DNA from: Acidimicrobiia bacterium
GTDB lineage: Bacteria; Actinomycetota; Acidimicrobiia; Spongiisociales; ZC4RG35
Assembly: GCA_009377435.1 (NCBI GenBank)
Contig: WHUC01000001.1
Span: 200 to 64,199 of the forward strand
Reading direction: 5' to 3'
DNA length: 64,000 nt
The notes below the pieces were generated by a model. It saw only the letters and a program-made list of their open reading frames with translations, did no database searches and had not been told where the DNA came from. Positions 62,042 to 64,000 of the stretch are shown here, piece after piece; positions within the stretch are counted from its first letter, which is position 1, and the number at the start of each line of letters is the position of its first letter. The position numbers were made by a program, and so were the translations under genes.

Positions 62042-62901
62042 CGTCGGGGGCTCCCAAACAGGCCCGATGGCTTGACCAGGAGGACCACTACCAGGGCGGC
62101 GAACGCCATCGCCGGTTTCAAGGCGGGGGTGAGCCAGAATGTCGATACCTCCATGGCCACCCCGATCACTAACGCCCCCACGACAGCTCCCGCCGGGTTG
62201 CCCAGCCCGCCCAGGATCATGGCCGAGGCGACGATAAGGATTAGAGCGAACCCCAGGCTGGGGGTGAAGGCCGAGGTGAGCGCCACCATCACCCCGCCGA
62301 TAGCAGCCAAGGTCGAGGCGATCGCCCAGGTGACGGCGGAGACCCGCTCCACCCGGATACCCGTCACCCGAGCCAGCTCACGGTTCTCCGCCGAGGCCCG
62401 GATCTTCATGCCCAGATCGGTGCGAACCAGCAGATACGCCATCGCCGCCATGGTCACCCCCGAGACCGCCAGGATCACGAGCTGCAGCGGTGTGAAGCGG
62501 AACGGCCCGAGGATTATGACCTCACCGAGACCAGGCGGAGCCTCGAGTCGTTGCACGCCCACCCCCCAACCCGCCTGGATGGCGTTCTGCATCACGAAAG
62601 AGAGACCGAGAGAGGCCACCAACAGGACGAGGCCGTGCCGATCGGCCAGCGGGCGGAAGACCAGCCGGTTGGCGACGGGCCCGTAGGCGGTTACCACCAG
62701 CACCCCAAGGACGATCGCGGGAAGGAGAGGGATAAAGAAACCGGCGGTGAGTGTGACGTAGGCCGCAAGTGTCATCCACTCCCCGTAGGCGAAGTTGATG
62801 AACCGAGACGACCCGTACATCAGAGTAAGTCCCAGGGCGGGAACGGCCGCCATGGCCCCGGTCACGATCCCGAATCCGGTCAGCGTGAGCAGTGTCTCCA
62901 C
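62038..62901 (-). CDS. livH: branched-chain amino-acid ABC transporter permease
   Basis: 287 aa LivH-type permease. First gene of the operon. Confidence 0.85.
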   Translation of the reverse strand: METLLTLTGFGIVTGAMAAVPALGLTLMYGSSRFINFAYGEWMTLAAYVTLTAGFFIPLLPAIVLGVLVVTAYGPVANRLVFRPLADRHGLVLLVASLGLSFVMQNAIQAGWGVGVQRLEAPPGLGEVIILGPFRFTPLQLVILAVSGVTMAAMAYLLVRTDLGMKIRASAENRELARVTGIRVERVSAVTWAIASTLAAIGGVMVALTSAFTPSLGFALILIVASAMILGGLGNPAGAVVGALVIGVAMEVSTFWLTPALKPAMAFAALVVVLLVKPSGLFGSPRR

Positions 62902-62959
62902 AATTGCGAACCTATCCGAATCGGTGTCGGCCCCTTGAGGAGCGTTATCCTAACGAGAT

Positions 62960-64000
62960 ATGACGTCTGGCGCATTGGAGGGAGTTCGCGTCCTCGATAT
63001 CGCCACGATGGGGGCGGGGCCGTGGGTCGGTTCTCGGCTCGGCGACTTCGGAGCCGGGATCATCAAGGTGGAGCATCCGCGTCAGCCCGACGGGTTTCGC
63101 CATCTCAGCCCCAAAAAGGACGGTGTGGCCCTGTGGTGGAAAAGCGACTGGCGCAACCACCGGGCCATGACCCTCGACCTCAAGACCAGCGAAGGACGAG
63201 AGATCGCCCTGGAGTTGGGTCGTCGTTCGGACGTTGTCATAGAGAACTTTCGACCTGGCACCCTGGAGGCATGGGGACTCGGGTGGGAGGAGTTCCGGGC
63301 CGTCAATTCCAAGACCGTGATGGTCAGGGTCACGGGCTGGGGTCAAACGGGCCCCTACGCCGAAAGACCGGGGTTTGGCACCCTGGCGGAGGCGGCCAGC
63401 GGGCTCGCCAACCTCAACGGGTGGCCCGACGGACCTCCGACCCTTCCCCCCCTGGCAATGGGGGATCAGATCACCGCCCTGCTCGGGGCCTACGCCACCA
63501 TGGTGGCGCTCTATGAGAGGGACCGACCTGGGGGATCGGGGCAAGGCCAGTTCATCGACCTCACCATCTGGGAGTCGGTGTATTCGGTGATCGGGACCCA
63601 GACCATCGTCCACGATCAGATTGGGGAGGTGCTCCGTCGCCAGGGCAACACCTGGGAGCGGGCCTCCCCCCGCAACCTCTACCCCTGCGGCGATGGAGAA
63701 TGGATCGCCATCGCCGCCAGCACCCAGGGCATCTTCGAGAATATCGTCCGAGCCATCGGAAGGCCCGAACTGGCCGTGGACCCCCGTTTCACCACCCCGG
63801 AGGGTCGGGCCGAACATCATGAGGAGCTGGACCGCATCATGGCGGAGTGGCTCGCCGGACGCACCAGGGCAGAGGCACTTGACGTGCTTATGGCCGAGGG
63901 TGGGGTAGCCCCGGTCCACGACGCCGCCTCGCTTGCCGAGGACCCCCAGGCCAGGGCACGCCACCTGATCGCCACCGTCGAGGACCCCGAGTTGGGCGAA
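62960..64000 (+). CDS. family III CoA-transferase (CaiB/BaiF), 3' end beyond the window
   Basis: GVRVLDIATMGAGPWVGSRLGDFGAGIIKVEHP...DVVIENFRPGTLEAWGLG. Still open at 64000. Confidence 0.8.
   Translation, partial: MTSGALEGVRVLDIATMGAGPWVGSRLGDFGAGIIKVEHPRQPDGFRHLSPKKDGVALWWKSDWRNHRAMTLDLKTSEGREIALELGRRSDVVIENFRPGTLEAWGLGWEEFRAVNSKTVMVRVTGWGQTGPYAERPGFGTLAEAASGLANLNGWPDGPPTLPPLAMGDQITALLGAYATMVALYERDRPGGSGQGQFIDLTIWESVYSVIGTQTIVHDQIGEVLRRQGNTWERASPRNLYPCGDGEWIAIAASTQGIFENIVRAIGRPELAVDPRFTTPEGRAEHHEELDRIMAEWLAGRTRAEALDVLMAEGGVAPVHDAASLAEDPQARARHLIATVEDPELGE

Overview
This window is high-GC actinobacterial-type chromosomal DNA (third-codon positions strongly G/C-biased). Recognisable genes fill about 85% of it, and roughly 75 features are listed.

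A conserved core block spans ~3.7-19.2 kb: tRNA-Leu(CAA), polA, rpsA, coaE, uvrB, a sugar-type ABC transporter, a pabB-pabC fusion and uvrA.

The rest is mixed accessory and metabolic content:
- two two-component systems (a NarL/DesK-type pair at 22.7-24.6 kb and an OmpR/MtrB-type pair at 27.8-30.0 kb)
- a MacAB-like tripartite efflux set whose membrane-fusion protein carries a peptidoglycan-binding domain
- two paralogous ECF sigma factors, plus a SigJ-like sigma flanked by two YciI/DGPF paralogs and a CsbD-family gene
- a SWIM zinc-finger gene translationally coupled to an SNF2 (HelZ-like) helicase
- a MazEF toxin-antitoxin pair
- a sulfur-assimilation operon: rhodanese, sulfite reductase, a fusion of CysG N-domain with PAPS/APS reductase, and uroporphyrinogen methyltransferase
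- an ArsR-SRPBCC regulator, a DUF222/HNH endonuclease, and an island holding a DinB-like gene, Fic, a RES-Xre toxin-antitoxin pair, a Ca/Na antiporter and a decayed vapBC
- a livHMG-K-F branched-chain amino-acid transporter and the 5' part of a family III CoA-transferase

The most unusual signals are:
1. A ~55-nt intergenic repeat present three times in the same orientation at 36.18, 37.38 and 41.43 kb. It carries two internal palindromes and is unexplained by any annotated feature.
2. At least eight truncated or disrupted gene remnants: a TetR/HD-GYP junction, two SDR tails, an ASPIC/UnbV tail, a Clp-like gene with an in-frame TGA, a DUF385 fragment, and vapB/vapC.
3. uvrB apparently initiating at a non-canonical AUU behind a perfect GGAGG, downstream of a 16-bp-stem hairpin.
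4. A sigma-70-like promoter overlapped by a perfect 16-bp palindromic operator in front of the sugar ABC operon.
5. A ~1.3 kb lower-GC segment (54.95-56.28 kb) with no assignable gene, inside the toxin-antitoxin/Fic island.

No CRISPR array, rRNA, integrase or transposase was seen.
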